Shown: piece by piece, positions 51,356-61,109 of the stretch
Layout: every line of letters begins with the position of its first letter
How positions within the stretch are numbered: the first letter of the stretch is position 1
Source of the DNA: Planctomycetota bacterium
GTDB taxonomy: Bacteria; Planctomycetota; UBA1135; UBA2386
Assembly (NCBI GenBank): GCA_965228735.1
Contig: OZ245838.1
Coordinates: 5,728,001 to 5,792,000 of the forward strand
Direction of reading: 5' to 3'
DNA length: 64,000 nt
Made by a program: the position numbers and the translations under genes
Notes under the pieces: model-generated
The model's database searches: none
The model's input: only the letters and a program-made list of their open reading frames with translations
Told to the model about the DNA's origin: nothing

Positions 51356-53167
51356 CGCGCCCGCGGCGGTGGTGACTCCGGGCAGTTCGGGGCCGGAACG
51401 ACTGCGATGCGCGAGCATCAGCGCGCGCAGACAGAGCAATGCGAACAGCGCGGTCGCGATGAACATGCGCTCGCCGACGAGCAGCTCGAGCAACGACGGC
51501 GTCGGCAGCCCGATCGTGTGCACGAGCCGGTAGTGCTCGGCGCGCGCGAGCATCTTGAGTTGCGACTCGTCGGCGGGTTCTCGGTGGCCGCGCCGGGCCG
51601 AGTGTCGCAGGTAGGCCCGCACGTGCGACAGCGGCACGTCGCTCGGTGTGCCGACGCGCTCGATGATCGAGAGCGCGGTGCTCGTGGTGCTCGTCGACGG
51701 ATGATCGAACGCGGGTGGGCCGCCGAACCCGCCGGGGAACGCGTGCGTCGCGGCCCGCTCCTCGCTGATCCAACAGGCGCGCAGCAGCGCGTGCAGTTCA
51801 TCGGTACGCGCGGCGACGAGATCGTCGCGCCCGAGGTGTTCGAGCCATTGAATGCACAGCAAGGCGTCCGCGAGGCTGTCGTGTCGCGGTGTGCCTGGGT
51901 CGGGCCAACTCGCTTCCACGCGCCTCGTGACGTGCTCGACCTGCTGTGGCGTGAGTTCGAGCGTCGCGGCTGCGAGCCCGAGGAAGAAGGGGTCGAGGTG
52001 CGAACCGCGCAGCTTGCCGCTGTCGGAGAGCAGTGAGCGCAGGCGGAAGCGATTGAGGCGTTCGGTGGCGAAGCTCTGCCAATCGTCGCCGGTCAGGAGC
52101 CCGAGGCGGTGGGCGTGGCCGAGCACGAGCGTCGACGTCTCGGTGTCGCCCTTCGGGCCCTTCGGCTTCTGCAATTCGACCGCGAGGCGGTCGCGCACGG
52201 CGGCGAGATCGACGCCCGGTTCGCCGGCGTCGACGAGCACCTCGTGCATCGACGCCGCCGTGTCCCAGCCGGAGAGTTCGCTCGGGTCGAGCCGCGCGAC
52301 GACCGCCGCGAGCCGTTCCCGGATCGCACCCGGCTCGTCGCCTGGCAGCTCGAAGCGCAGCGCGCCCGGCAGGACGGCGACGATCACGACCATCGTGAGC
52401 GAGTAGAACTCGCGGCTCACCCAGAACGTGAACCCGCCGCACACCACGACGCCGATCACGAGCACCCAGCCGGCAGCGTGGTAGCCGAGCACCGAGCCGG
52501 CATCGAACACGCCGAAGATGCCGACGTGCACGACGCACCCGAGGAGCACGGCGAACTGCAGCGCGACGACGAAGTTGCCGACCTCGGCGACCCGGGCGCC
52601 GCGCGTGCGCACGAACTGCCCGAGGAAGAACGTGATCAGCGCCATGCCGGTAATTACGACCGCGAGGGCCGTGTCGATGACCGTCGCGGAGTCCGAGCCC
52701 TGGCGGAGGTCGAGGAACAGGAGACCGAGCGCGCTGCCGCCGATCGGAACGACCGCGAACAGCAGCATGAGCAGCGTCCGACGCAGCGCTTCGACGATCT
52801 TCGAGTGTTCGGGTTCGGTGGCCGCGCGTTCGACGCTCGCGTCGAGCTGCTGTGAGCTGCGGAAGAACATCGCGAACACGGCGAAGAGCGCGAGGACCGG
52901 CAGCGACAGCAGGGTCGCGAAGAAGCCGCCTTGATCGCCGCTCGACAGTCCGGGGAACAAGCCGGCCGCGCGCCGCCGCCACCGCGTCCACGTCGACGTG
53001 GACGCGCCGGGACCCGACCCCGGCCCGGCCGCCGCCGCGACGCGCGCGGCGACCCCGGCGGCGAACCGATCCGGATCAGCGCGGTGGCGGGAGAACAGCT
53101 CGTGCAGCTCGGCGCTCGCGACCATGTCGTCGGCGTCCTCGTACGGAGCGTGGTCGTCGTTCGTCAT
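51347..53167 (-). CDS. Multi-pass membrane protein, putative anti-sigma factor
   Basis: ATGA overlap with the ECF; several TM helices, a helical soluble domain and a C-terminal TM. Confidence 0.6.
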   Translation of the reverse strand: MTNDDHAPYEDADDMVASAELHELFSRHRADPDRFAAGVAARVAAAAGPGSGPGASTSTWTRWRRRAAGLFPGLSSGDQGGFFATLLSLPVLALFAVFAMFFRSSQQLDASVERAATEPEHSKIVEALRRTLLMLLFAVVPIGGSALGLLFLDLRQGSDSATVIDTALAVVITGMALITFFLGQFVRTRGARVAEVGNFVVALQFAVLLGCVVHVGIFGVFDAGSVLGYHAAGWVLVIGVVVCGGFTFWVSREFYSLTMVVIVAVLPGALRFELPGDEPGAIRERLAAVVARLDPSELSGWDTAASMHEVLVDAGEPGVDLAAVRDRLAVELQKPKGPKGDTETSTLVLGHAHRLGLLTGDDWQSFATERLNRFRLRSLLSDSGKLRGSHLDPFFLGLAAATLELTPQQVEHVTRRVEASWPDPGTPRHDSLADALLCIQWLEHLGRDDLVAARTDELHALLRACWISEERAATHAFPGGFGGPPAFDHPSTSTTSTALSIIERVGTPSDVPLSHVRAYLRHSARRGHREPADESQLKMLARAEHYRLVHTIGLPTPSLLELLVGERMFIATALFALLCLRALMLAHRSRSGPELPGVTTAAGALP

Positions 53168-53694
53168 CGAACTCCTCCGGTCGTTCGCGCCGCGATCCGG
53201 TCGGTCGCGGTGCGCAGCGCGCGGCGGGCGTGGCAGAGGCGGCTCTCGACGGCCTTCGCGGTCACGTCGAGCAGCGCCGCGACCTCGCGCGTGCTCGCTT
53301 CTTCGAGATAGAACATGCGCAAGACGGTCTGGTGTTCCGGGCGCAGTTCCCGGAAGCCGTTGCGCAGCAGCTCCAGCCGGTCCTCGTCGAGGTCCGTCGC
53401 ATCGGCCGGCGCGGGCAGGTCGGCCGGCAGGGGCTGCTGCCGCCGGAACCGGCGGCGATGACCGTGCGCCAGGTTCTTCGCGATGCCGCGCAACCACGGC
53501 CCGACGATCGCGCTGTCCTCCGGATCGCCGCGCAGCCGCCCGCGACCGAGCCATGCCTCCGCGAACGTGTCCATCGCGAGCTCCTCGGCGGTGCCCCAGT
53601 CCGCGCCGAACGACGCGAGCAGGCCGACGAGCGGCCCGCGGAAGCGCGTGATCCAGCGTTCGAGCAGCGGGTCGAGGTCGGAGGCCATCGCCAT
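53164..53694 (-). CDS. ECF sigma factor
   Basis: TAEELAMDTFAEAW, PWLRGIAKN, EVAALLDVTAKAVESRLCHARRAL. Confidence 0.88.
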   Translation of the reverse strand: MAMASDLDPLLERWITRFRGPLVGLLASFGADWGTAEELAMDTFAEAWLGRGRLRGDPEDSAIVGPWLRGIAKNLAHGHRRRFRRQQPLPADLPAPADATDLDEDRLELLRNGFRELRPEHQTVLRMFYLEEASTREVAALLDVTAKAVESRLCHARRALRTATDRIAARTTGGVR

Positions 53695-53797
53695 CGCCCA
53701 GAGTTGTCCGGGGCGGGCCGAACCCCGCAGCCTTTCTGAGGTTTTTTGCCGGCGGTCGGTCGCGCGCCGGGTGACCGCCCCGTTCGATGCTGCGGTG

Positions 53798-56341
53798 ATG
53801 CGTCGCGCCGCCTCGTTCTCGTTCTTCGTGCTCACCCTGGGGCTCGGCGCCCAGGACGACTTCCGCTCGGACTGGCCGGATGCCGCGCCAGCGCCGAAGT
53901 CAGGGCCGTGGCTCGGGGCGGACTACTGGGCGAATCGGCTGCAGGACTGGAGCTTCGTCGGCGACGGCCGGGTCGAGTGCACCCGGCCGCGGCTGCCGAT
54001 GCGCACCCTGCATCTCGTGACGTGGCGGGTCGGGCACCTGCGGAGCGAGATGACGGTGGCGGTGCGCACGGGGCGCGCGTCCGAGGAGTTGCCGACGGGG
54101 GCATTCACGGCGCTGCTCGTCGGCGCGGGTCGCCACGATCTCGATCCGCGCAGCGCCTGTCTCGTGCAGTCGGCGCCGGGGCCGGACGGCGGCGTCCTCT
54201 TCGGCGTTCGCGGCGACGGCACGCTGTTCTTGCAGCAGAACGTGAACGGTGACGGCCGGCTCGTCGCGGAGGCGAAGCTCGGGGGCGGCGCGGCCGACCT
54301 CGGCGTCGGTGTGACGCTCGAGCTCCGGGTCGTGCCGGGGCGCACGTTCGCCAAGTTGTTCGGCACGGCCAGGGACGCGGCGGGCGACGTGCTCGGAGAG
54401 GTCGCGCTCGATCGCGTGCCGAAGCATGACGTGCTCGGCAACCTCGCTCTCGTGAGCCATGGCGGTGGCCGGCAGGGCAAGGGACGTTTCTGGTTCGCGG
54501 ACTGGCGCGCGCGCGGTCGCATGCTGGAACATGATCCGGGTCGCGGGCTCGGTCCGATCGTCGCGGGGTTCCACACGCTGTCGCGCGGCGTGCTCAAGCT
54601 CGCGGTTGCGATGATGCCGTGTGTCGGCGGCGATCTGCGTGACGAGGTCACGCTCGAGGTCGAGCGCGGCGGCAAGTGGGAGCGGCTCGGGGCCGCGGAC
54701 TTCGGTGCGCCCGACTACACCGCGGTATTTCGGGTGCCGGACTGGTCGGCGAACGCGCGGGTGCCGTATCGGGTGCGCTACGGTGACGCGGTCTACGACG
54801 GCGCGATCCGCGCGGAGCCCGGGCGCGGCGTGCTGCGGCTCGGCGCGATGACGTGCGTGCATCAGGTGAAGCACGGGTTCGGCCGCGCGGGTTATCCGTG
54901 GTCGAACGAGGCGCTGTGGTTCCCGCACGCGGATCTGACGGCGCGGATCAGGCAGCAGGATCCGGACCTGCTGTTCTTCGCCGGCGATCAGATCTACGAG
55001 GGCGCGAGCCCGACGCCGCCCTCGCGCGGCGCCGACGCGGGGCTCGACTACCTCTACAAGTGGTATCTGTTCTGCTGGGCGTTCCGCGACGTCGCGCGCG
55101 ACCGCCCGGCCGTGATCATCCCCGACGATCACGACGTCTTTCAGGGCAATCTGTGGGGCGCTGGTGGGCGCAAGACGAAGCGCGACAACCAGGGCGGCTA
55201 CGTGATGCCGGCGTCGTGGGTGCGCATGGTCGAACGGACGCAGACGAGCCACCTGCCCGACCCGGTCGATCCGCGCCCGGTCGAGCAGGGCATCGGCGTC
55301 TACTTCACGAGCCTGCGCTACGGCCACGTCGACTTCGCGATCCTCGAGGACCGCAAGTTCAAGTCGGGGCCGAACGGCCTGGTCGAGCACGACGGCCCGC
55401 GGCCGGATCACATCAACGATCCGGACTTCGACATCGGTTCGGCGGACGTGCCGGGTGCGGTGCTGCTCGGTGAACGGCAGCTGCGGTTCCTCGACGACTG
55501 GGCGCGCGACTGGCGGGGCGTCGAGCTCAAGGCCGTGCTCTCGCAGACGATCTTCGCCAACGTCGCGACGCACCACGGGCCGCGGCAGGACTTCCTGATC
55601 GCGGACATGGACAGCAACGGCTGGCCGCAGAGCGGGCGCAACCGGGCGCTGCGCGCGATCCGCAGGGCGTTCGCGCCGATGGTGGGCGGCGACCAGCACC
55701 TGTCGACGCTCGTGCATCACGGTGTCGAGAGCTACCGCGACGCGGGCTACTCGTTCTGCGTGCCCGCGATGGCCAACTTCTACCTGCGGTCGTGGCGGCC
55801 GGGCCGTCCGGGTCTCGGGCACGAAGACGGCATGCCGGAGAACACCGGCGGCTACCTCGATGGCTTCGGCAACAAGATCACCGTGCTCGCGACGACCAAC
55901 GTCGATGGCGCGTCGGGGCGTGAACCGAAGGCGCTGCACGACCAGAACCCGGGCTACGGCATCGTCGCGTTCGACACGAACGCGCACACGATCACGTTCG
56001 AGTGCTGGCCGCGCTACGCGGATCCGAAGGTCGACGCGCAGTATCCCGGCTGGCCCGTGACGGTGCAGCAGTCCGACAACTACGCGCGCCGCGCGATGGC
56101 GCGCCTGCCCCGCATCGTGGTCGCGGGTTGCGATCGCCCGGTCATCCAGGTCGAGACCAGCCGCGGCGAGCTCGTCTACGCGCTCCGGCTGGCCCGCTCC
56201 GACTTCCGCCCGCCGATCTTCCGCCCCGGCACCTACCGCGTGACGGTCAGCGACGGCAGCGGCGACCCGCAGAAGTCGAAGGTGCTCGACCTCGAACCGA
56301 CCGACGACCCCGACGCAACCGAAACCGTCGACCTGCAGTGA
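53798..56341 (+). CDS. PhoD-like metallophosphoesterase with large N-terminal beta domain
   Basis: Signal peptide; FFAGDQIYE, IPDDHDVFQGN, LLGERQ, DSNGWP and GDQH metal-site motifs. Confidence 0.82.
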   Translation: MRRAASFSFFVLTLGLGAQDDFRSDWPDAAPAPKSGPWLGADYWANRLQDWSFVGDGRVECTRPRLPMRTLHLVTWRVGHLRSEMTVAVRTGRASEELPTGAFTALLVGAGRHDLDPRSACLVQSAPGPDGGVLFGVRGDGTLFLQQNVNGDGRLVAEAKLGGGAADLGVGVTLELRVVPGRTFAKLFGTARDAAGDVLGEVALDRVPKHDVLGNLALVSHGGGRQGKGRFWFADWRARGRMLEHDPGRGLGPIVAGFHTLSRGVLKLAVAMMPCVGGDLRDEVTLEVERGGKWERLGAADFGAPDYTAVFRVPDWSANARVPYRVRYGDAVYDGAIRAEPGRGVLRLGAMTCVHQVKHGFGRAGYPWSNEALWFPHADLTARIRQQDPDLLFFAGDQIYEGASPTPPSRGADAGLDYLYKWYLFCWAFRDVARDRPAVIIPDDHDVFQGNLWGAGGRKTKRDNQGGYVMPASWVRMVERTQTSHLPDPVDPRPVEQGIGVYFTSLRYGHVDFAILEDRKFKSGPNGLVEHDGPRPDHINDPDFDIGSADVPGAVLLGERQLRFLDDWARDWRGVELKAVLSQTIFANVATHHGPRQDFLIADMDSNGWPQSGRNRALRAIRRAFAPMVGGDQHLSTLVHHGVESYRDAGYSFCVPAMANFYLRSWRPGRPGLGHEDGMPENTGGYLDGFGNKITVLATTNVDGASGREPKALHDQNPGYGIVAFDTNAHTITFECWPRYADPKVDAQYPGWPVTVQQSDNYARRAMARLPRIVVAGCDRPVIQVETSRGELVYALRLARSDFRPPIFRPGTYRVTVSDGSGDPQKSKVLDLEPTDDPDATETVDLQ

Positions 56342-56423
56342 CCGTACGGAACCTGGTTCGTGTAGTGACCGTACGGAACCTGGTTCGTGTTGCCGGGCAG
56401 AACGAACCAGGTACCGTACGGTC
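56337..56423. repeat. REP-like cluster: perfect 27-bp tandem duplication plus inverted copy
   Basis: AGTGACCGTACGGAACCTGGTTCGTGT x2 (56337-56390); inverted ACGAACCAGGTACCGTACGGTC (56402-56423, one mismatch). Confidence 0.9.
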
Positions 56424-56459
56424 GAGAACGTCAACCTGAAGTGACCGTGCGCACCCTCC

Positions 56460-57641
56460 TCAGCGGATGGCGCGGCGCTTTCCGGTCTTCTTCAGCGTCC
56501 GTAGTGTTTGCGGTTCAGCGGCGGGGGGAGAGGGGCGATTCAGGCGCTTTCGATCCTGGTCGCGTTCCCGCTCCGTAGCAGGACTCTTCGGTGACCGCGG
56601 GTCGTTCTCGACCGTGACGATGAAGATGAAGCGTTTGCCGCTCAGGGGCGGGGGGGCCATGAGGACGATCTGGTCGCCTTCGATCTCGACGGCGGCTTCG
56701 ATCTTGGTCGAGCTGACGCTCGGCAACTGGATCGTGACCGGGGCCGTGCCGGCGCCGAGCTGCGTCGTGAACGTCGGGATCGGGCGCGCGAGCTCGCTGA
56801 CGACGGTTTCGAGCGACACGCCGAGGCGTCCGCTCTCGAGCGGGGAGACCGCGGTCTCGGTCTTGATGCCGTCCTGCACGACGTCGACGATCGGGTCGGC
56901 GATGAACTGGCCCTGCGCGATCTCGACGTCGAAGTCCTTGACGTAGGCCGTCTGATTGATGACCGCCATCTGCGCGACCTCGAGCGGTCGCACCGACAGC
57001 CTCTGCTGGGTGAGATCCTCGGCGCCCTCGGTGCGATACAGCTCGCGGATGAACTTCGTCGTCTTGTCGCCGGGCGCCAGGACCTCGGTGACGTAGCTGA
57101 CCTCGTCCGCATCCGGGACCTCGGGTTCGGCGTTCTCGGTCTCGGCGGGCTCCTTGCGTTTGGCGAGCGCCGGTTTGATGTCGCGCAGGAACGTCAGCTC
57201 CGGCACGCGCAGGCAGCGACAGTTCACGGTGATGACCGGGCGCTTGTCCTGGCGGGCAGCCTCGAGGAAACGCGCGACCCAGGCGTGCTGCGCTGGCCGC
57301 GCGAGCACGACGACCCAGCGTTCGCCGACGGGGTTGATCTCCTCGTTGCCCTGCAGCGCTGGCTTGACGAACGCGCGCAGCAGGCGCGCGACGGCGTGCG
57401 AGCTCGCGCCGTAGCCGGCCTCGGACTTCCATTCGATGTCGGCGCCGCCGAGACGCAGGTCGGGTCCCCCGATGGTCTCGGTGACGACGATGTCGCCGAT
57501 GTCGTAGAGCTGGGCGACGCGTTCGTCCGCCGTCGACGGCGATGCCTGCGCGGACAGGGTCTGGCTGCCGCTCATCATGGCGAGCACGGTGGCGGACAAC
57601 ACGGCGGCGAAAAGCACGGTGGTGGAGCGAGTGTGGATCAT
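56460..57641 (-). CDS. Secreted protein with a short secretin-like (GspD/PilQ C-terminal) region
   Basis: Signal peptide; LYDIGDI; QTAYVKDFDVEIAQ..IADPIVDVVQDG...IQLPSV....EAAVEI pattern resembling planctomycete secretin domains. Confidence 0.6.
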   Translation of the reverse strand: MIHTRSTTVLFAAVLSATVLAMMSGSQTLSAQASPSTADERVAQLYDIGDIVVTETIGGPDLRLGGADIEWKSEAGYGASSHAVARLLRAFVKPALQGNEEINPVGERWVVVLARPAQHAWVARFLEAARQDKRPVITVNCRCLRVPELTFLRDIKPALAKRKEPAETENAEPEVPDADEVSYVTEVLAPGDKTTKFIRELYRTEGAEDLTQQRLSVRPLEVAQMAVINQTAYVKDFDVEIAQGQFIADPIVDVVQDGIKTETAVSPLESGRLGVSLETVVSELARPIPTFTTQLGAGTAPVTIQLPSVSSTKIEAAVEIEGDQIVLMAPPPLSGKRFIFIVTVENDPRSPKSPATERERDQDRKRLNRPSPPAAEPQTLRTLKKTGKRRAIR

Positions 57642-58204
57642 GGCAACTGGCCTTCGAGTTGGGACGTCCTGACCCGCACGCGCAACCTGGGGGATTCGGC
57701 TGCGGCGCGGCGATCGTCGTGATGGCGGATGTTCTCGTGCCGTTCGGCGCCCGGCAGCAACCGGACGACGATGCGGCGATGGGAGGTGCGCCCCCTGGTT
57801 TCCGTCGCGACCGTGCGACACGTGACGACGCGGCTCGTCGTCGGGAAGTCGGGGCGGGTGAGGGGCGCGCGTGCGGCGACGACCGGCGGTGTCGGTTCCT
57901 CGGGTTCCATCGCTGCACCGCTGGTGAACACGGCGAAGCTGCCGAACACGACGATCGCGGCAGCCGCCGCGGCCAACATCGGCCAGCCGATCGGCCAGCG
58001 GATCGGCGACCGCGGCGACGACGGTGCCGGTTGCGCGGTCGGGAGGTTCGGCGCGGGCAGCGCCTGCAGCGTCGCGCGCAACTCCACGAACGCGGCCAGC
58101 GCCTCGGGGTGCTCGAGCAGCCACGCGTCCGTGCGCGGATCCGCGAGCGGGTCGCGGCCCTCGTCGAACAGCTCCTGCACGAACGGCGGCAGTTCGGATC
58201 TCAT
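57638..58204 (-). CDS. Putative single-TM anti-sigma factor
   Basis: ATGA overlaps on both sides; short cytoplasmic N-domain, TM WPMLAAAAAAIVVFG, small C-domain. Confidence 0.65.
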   Translation of the reverse strand: MRSELPPFVQELFDEGRDPLADPRTDAWLLEHPEALAAFVELRATLQALPAPNLPTAQPAPSSPRSPIRWPIGWPMLAAAAAAIVVFGSFAVFTSGAAMEPEEPTPPVVAARAPLTRPDFPTTSRVVTCRTVATETRGRTSHRRIVVRLLPGAERHENIRHHDDRRAAAESPRLRVRVRTSQLEGQLP

Positions 58205-58719
58205 CGGTCGTCCTCCTGGCGGCGCTGCTCGGCCCACAGCCGATTGCGCGCGCGGTGCAGATGTGATTTCACGGTGCCGGCCGGCATCGCGAGCGCGGTC
58301 GCGATCTCCTTGATCGTCTGGCCGTCGCGGTGGAAGCGGAGCAGCACGTCGCGTTCGGGTTCGGGCACGAGGTCGAGCAGGCTCGCGGCCTCGTCGCGGG
58401 CCGTCGCGCGCGTCAGCGGATCGGCCGTCACTGCCGTGAGCTGCTCGCTGAGCTCGCCGGCGGTCGTCGGCCGGCGGTCGCGCAGGTCGACGAATGCGCG
58501 GTAGGCGATCCGCAGCAGCCACGCGTTGCCGCTGCCGCGCTCCGGATCGAACGTCTGACGCGAGCGCCACGCCCGCGCCAGCGTCTCCTGCTGGAGATCG
58601 TCGACCTCGGTCGGCGCGAGCCGGCGCAAGAACGCGCGCAACGCCGGCGTGGCGGTCGCGAGCAGCTCCTGCATCTGCGCGTCGGGCGCGGAGGGGTCGG
58701 CGGTCATGGGGTCCGGCAT
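58201..58719 (-). CDS. ECF sigma factor
   Basis: EVDDLQQETLARAW, FDPERG, AWLLRIA, EIATALAMPAGTVKSHLHRAR. Confidence 0.92.
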   Translation of the reverse strand: MPDPMTADPSAPDAQMQELLATATPALRAFLRRLAPTEVDDLQQETLARAWRSRQTFDPERGSGNAWLLRIAYRAFVDLRDRRPTTAGELSEQLTAVTADPLTRATARDEAASLLDLVPEPERDVLLRFHRDGQTIKEIATALAMPAGTVKSHLHRARNRLWAEQRRQEDDR

Positions 58720-58733
58720 CGCGGCACCCAGGC

Positions 58734-58761
58734 TTACCGGCAGCGCGGTCGAGAGGTTGCA
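58734..58761 (-). promoter_or_regulatory. Putative autoregulatory ECF promoter TGCAAC-N16-CGGTAA
   Basis: AAC-containing -35 and CG(G)T -10, 14 bp upstream of the ECF start. Confidence 0.55.
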
Positions 58762-58794
58762 GACGGGCGAGAATTCTCGCGCGGCGGCGACGCC

Positions 58795-59874
58795 CTACCG
58801 CAACACCGCCGCGATCTCGGCGGCGACCCAGGCGTTGCCGGCCGCGGTCATGTGGCCGTTGAAGTAGCGTCGCTGCAGCCCGGGGTCCGCGGCCCGGAGC
58901 CGCAGGAACTTCGTCTGCAGATCGAGAACCACCGCGCCGTGTTGCTCGGCGTGCCCGACTGCCGCGACCGCGTCGGGCTCGTGCCAGTGACCCTGGAGGA
59001 CGACGAGCCACGGCACCTCGCGTTCTCGGCAAAAGCGCCCGAGTCGTTCGAACAGGCGCTGCGCGATCAGCACGCCGGTGCCCTTCTCGTGCACCCAGAT
59101 CTCGCGCTCCTGTTCGACCCACCACTTCGGCGCGACGTTCCACGCGAGCATGTCGATGGCCGCGCTGTAGCCGAGGGCCCGGCGCAGCCACTGCTCGTCG
59201 AGCTCGTTGTCCTTCGCCGAGTCCGGCACGGGGACGCCCTGCAGCACGATGTCACCGTCCTGCACGTCGAACCACGGGATGGCGGTGAAGCGCCGGCTCT
59301 GTTCGCAGCGCGCGATGTCGTCGGGGATCAGGCTCAGCACGAGCTGGTCCGTCGGATACTCGTCGACGAGCTGTTCGGCGCGCAGCACGGCCTGCGCGAG
59401 GCTGTAGCCGAACACGCCGCCGTTCAGCACGGGTCGCTGCAGCTCGCGCTCGAGTGCGGCCGGCCACGTCTCCGAGTCGCCGACCTGATCGCCGAACGTG
59501 AACGAGTCGCCGCTCGTGACGATCCAGCGGTCGCCCGCGGGTCGCGGTTGTCCGTTCTCGCGAATCGTCTGCGCGTCGATCGTGACCTGCGCCTGCCAGC
59601 GGTTGTCGCGGCTCGCGAAGTTCGGCCGCGGCACGTAGCCGAGCAGCGGATCGTGCGCCGCCGGATAGGCCCGCCGGATGAGGTCGATCCGCAGGTCGCG
59701 ATAGCTGCCCACGCCAAACGGCGTGATGCCCTTGCCGGCCCGGAAGCTGCGCGCGAACAGCTCGGCCGCGACGAACAGGAGGGCCAGCGGGATCAGCGCG
59801 AAGAGCAGCTTCTTGCGCCAGGGCAGCCGGCGCTTCGGTGATCCTGACGCTGGCTGCCCGTCGGCTTCAGCCAT
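58795..59874 (-). CDS. SGNH/GDSL hydrolase-like membrane-anchored protein
   Basis: N-terminal TM; GDSFTFG, NGGVFGYS, GHMTAAGN; overlaps the pyrC stop by 8 bp. Confidence 0.8.
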   Translation of the reverse strand: MAEADGQPASGSPKRRLPWRKKLLFALIPLALLFVAAELFARSFRAGKGITPFGVGSYRDLRIDLIRRAYPAAHDPLLGYVPRPNFASRDNRWQAQVTIDAQTIRENGQPRPAGDRWIVTSGDSFTFGDQVGDSETWPAALERELQRPVLNGGVFGYSLAQAVLRAEQLVDEYPTDQLVLSLIPDDIARCEQSRRFTAIPWFDVQDGDIVLQGVPVPDSAKDNELDEQWLRRALGYSAAIDMLAWNVAPKWWVEQEREIWVHEKGTGVLIAQRLFERLGRFCREREVPWLVVLQGHWHEPDAVAAVGHAEQHGAVVLDLQTKFLRLRAADPGLQRRYFNGHMTAAGNAWVAAEIAAVLR

Positions 59875-60904
59875 CGGATTCGACGAGTCGCCACGCGAGC
59901 TCCTCGCCGGCGCGCATCGGCACGAGCTCGACGTCTCCGAACGGCAAGGTCGCCGGCACCGTCTGCGGAGCGCGTTCGAGCGTGATCGTCCGGTCGCTCA
60001 CCGGCAGGCGATAGAACGCCGGGCCGCGGCGGCTGGCGAACTCCTCGAGTCGCTCGATCTGCGACATCGCGTCGAACGCCTCGGCGTAGAGCTCGATCGC
60101 CGCGTGGGCGGTGTAGACTCCGGCGCAGCCGCACGCGCTCTCCTTCGCTCCGCGCGGGTGCGGCGCGCTGTCGGTGCCGAGGAAGATGCGATCATTCGTC
60201 GCGGCGGCAGTGAGCAACGCCTCGCGGTGCGATTCACGCTTCAGCACGGGCAGGCAGAACGCGTGCGGCCGCAGCCCGCCGCGGAAGATCTCGTTGCGGT
60301 TCCACAGCAGATGATGCGCGGTGATCGTGCCGCCGACCCTGGCGCCGGCCTGCTGCACGAACTCGACGCCATCGGCCGTCGTGATGTGCTCGAGCACGAT
60401 GCGCAGCCCGGGGAACGAGGCCACGAGTGGGGCGAGCACGCGATCGACGAACGCCTTCTCGCGATCGAACACGTCGACGTCCTGATGGGTGACCTCACCG
60501 TGGATCAGCAGCGGCAGGTCGTGCTGTTCCATCGCCGCGAGCACCGGTCGCACGCGATCGAGATCGGTGACGCCATTGTCCGAGTTCGTCGTCGCACCGG
60601 CGGGGTAGTACTTCACCCCGTGCACGAAGCCGCTGCTCCTGGCCGCCGCGATCTCGGCGGCCGGCGTGTTGTCCGTCAGGTAGAGCGTCATCAGCGGCTC
60701 GAAGTCGGAGCCGTCGGGGCGCGCCGCGAGAATGCGTTCGCGGTAATCGCCGGCCGCCGCGACGCTCGTGATCGGCGGCTTGAGGTTGGGCATCACGATG
60801 GCTCGACCGAAGCGCCGGGCGGTGTGGGGCAGCACGTCGCGCATGCCCTTGCCGTCGCGGAGATGGAGGTGCCAATCGTCCGGCCGCGGAATCGTGAGAC
60901 GCAT
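59867..60904 (-). CDS. pyrC: Dihydroorotase (homodimeric type)
   Basis: PDDWHLHLRDG, MPNL.PP, LYLTD, KYYPAGATTNS, HGE, EHITT, FCLPVLK, GTDSAPH. Confidence 0.97.
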   Translation of the reverse strand: MRLTIPRPDDWHLHLRDGKGMRDVLPHTARRFGRAIVMPNLKPPITSVAAAGDYRERILAARPDGSDFEPLMTLYLTDNTPAAEIAAARSSGFVHGVKYYPAGATTNSDNGVTDLDRVRPVLAAMEQHDLPLLIHGEVTHQDVDVFDREKAFVDRVLAPLVASFPGLRIVLEHITTADGVEFVQQAGARVGGTITAHHLLWNRNEIFRGGLRPHAFCLPVLKRESHREALLTAAATNDRIFLGTDSAPHPRGAKESACGCAGVYTAHAAIELYAEAFDAMSQIERLEEFASRRGPAFYRLPVSDRTITLERAPQTVPATLPFGDVELVPMRAGEELAWRLVESDG

Positions 60905-61109
60905 TACTTCCGCGAACATAGCGAGTTCCGTTCACCCGGCGCAATCCCGAGCCGCGATCTCGATGCCTGCGGGCCGGACGACGTACAAGAGGGACCGGAC
61001 CGGCTGCCCACCGGTCCGATCCCAACGGGAGAACCATGCGCGCGGTCGTCACTCCGCGCACCGAATACCTATCGCGCAGTGGTGCTTCGGTAACCTAACG
61101 TCTTTCCAA

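Noticed and set aside
56337..56423. Possible mini CRISPR array
   Set aside because: The repeats abut with no spacers, one copy is inverted, and there are no cas genes.
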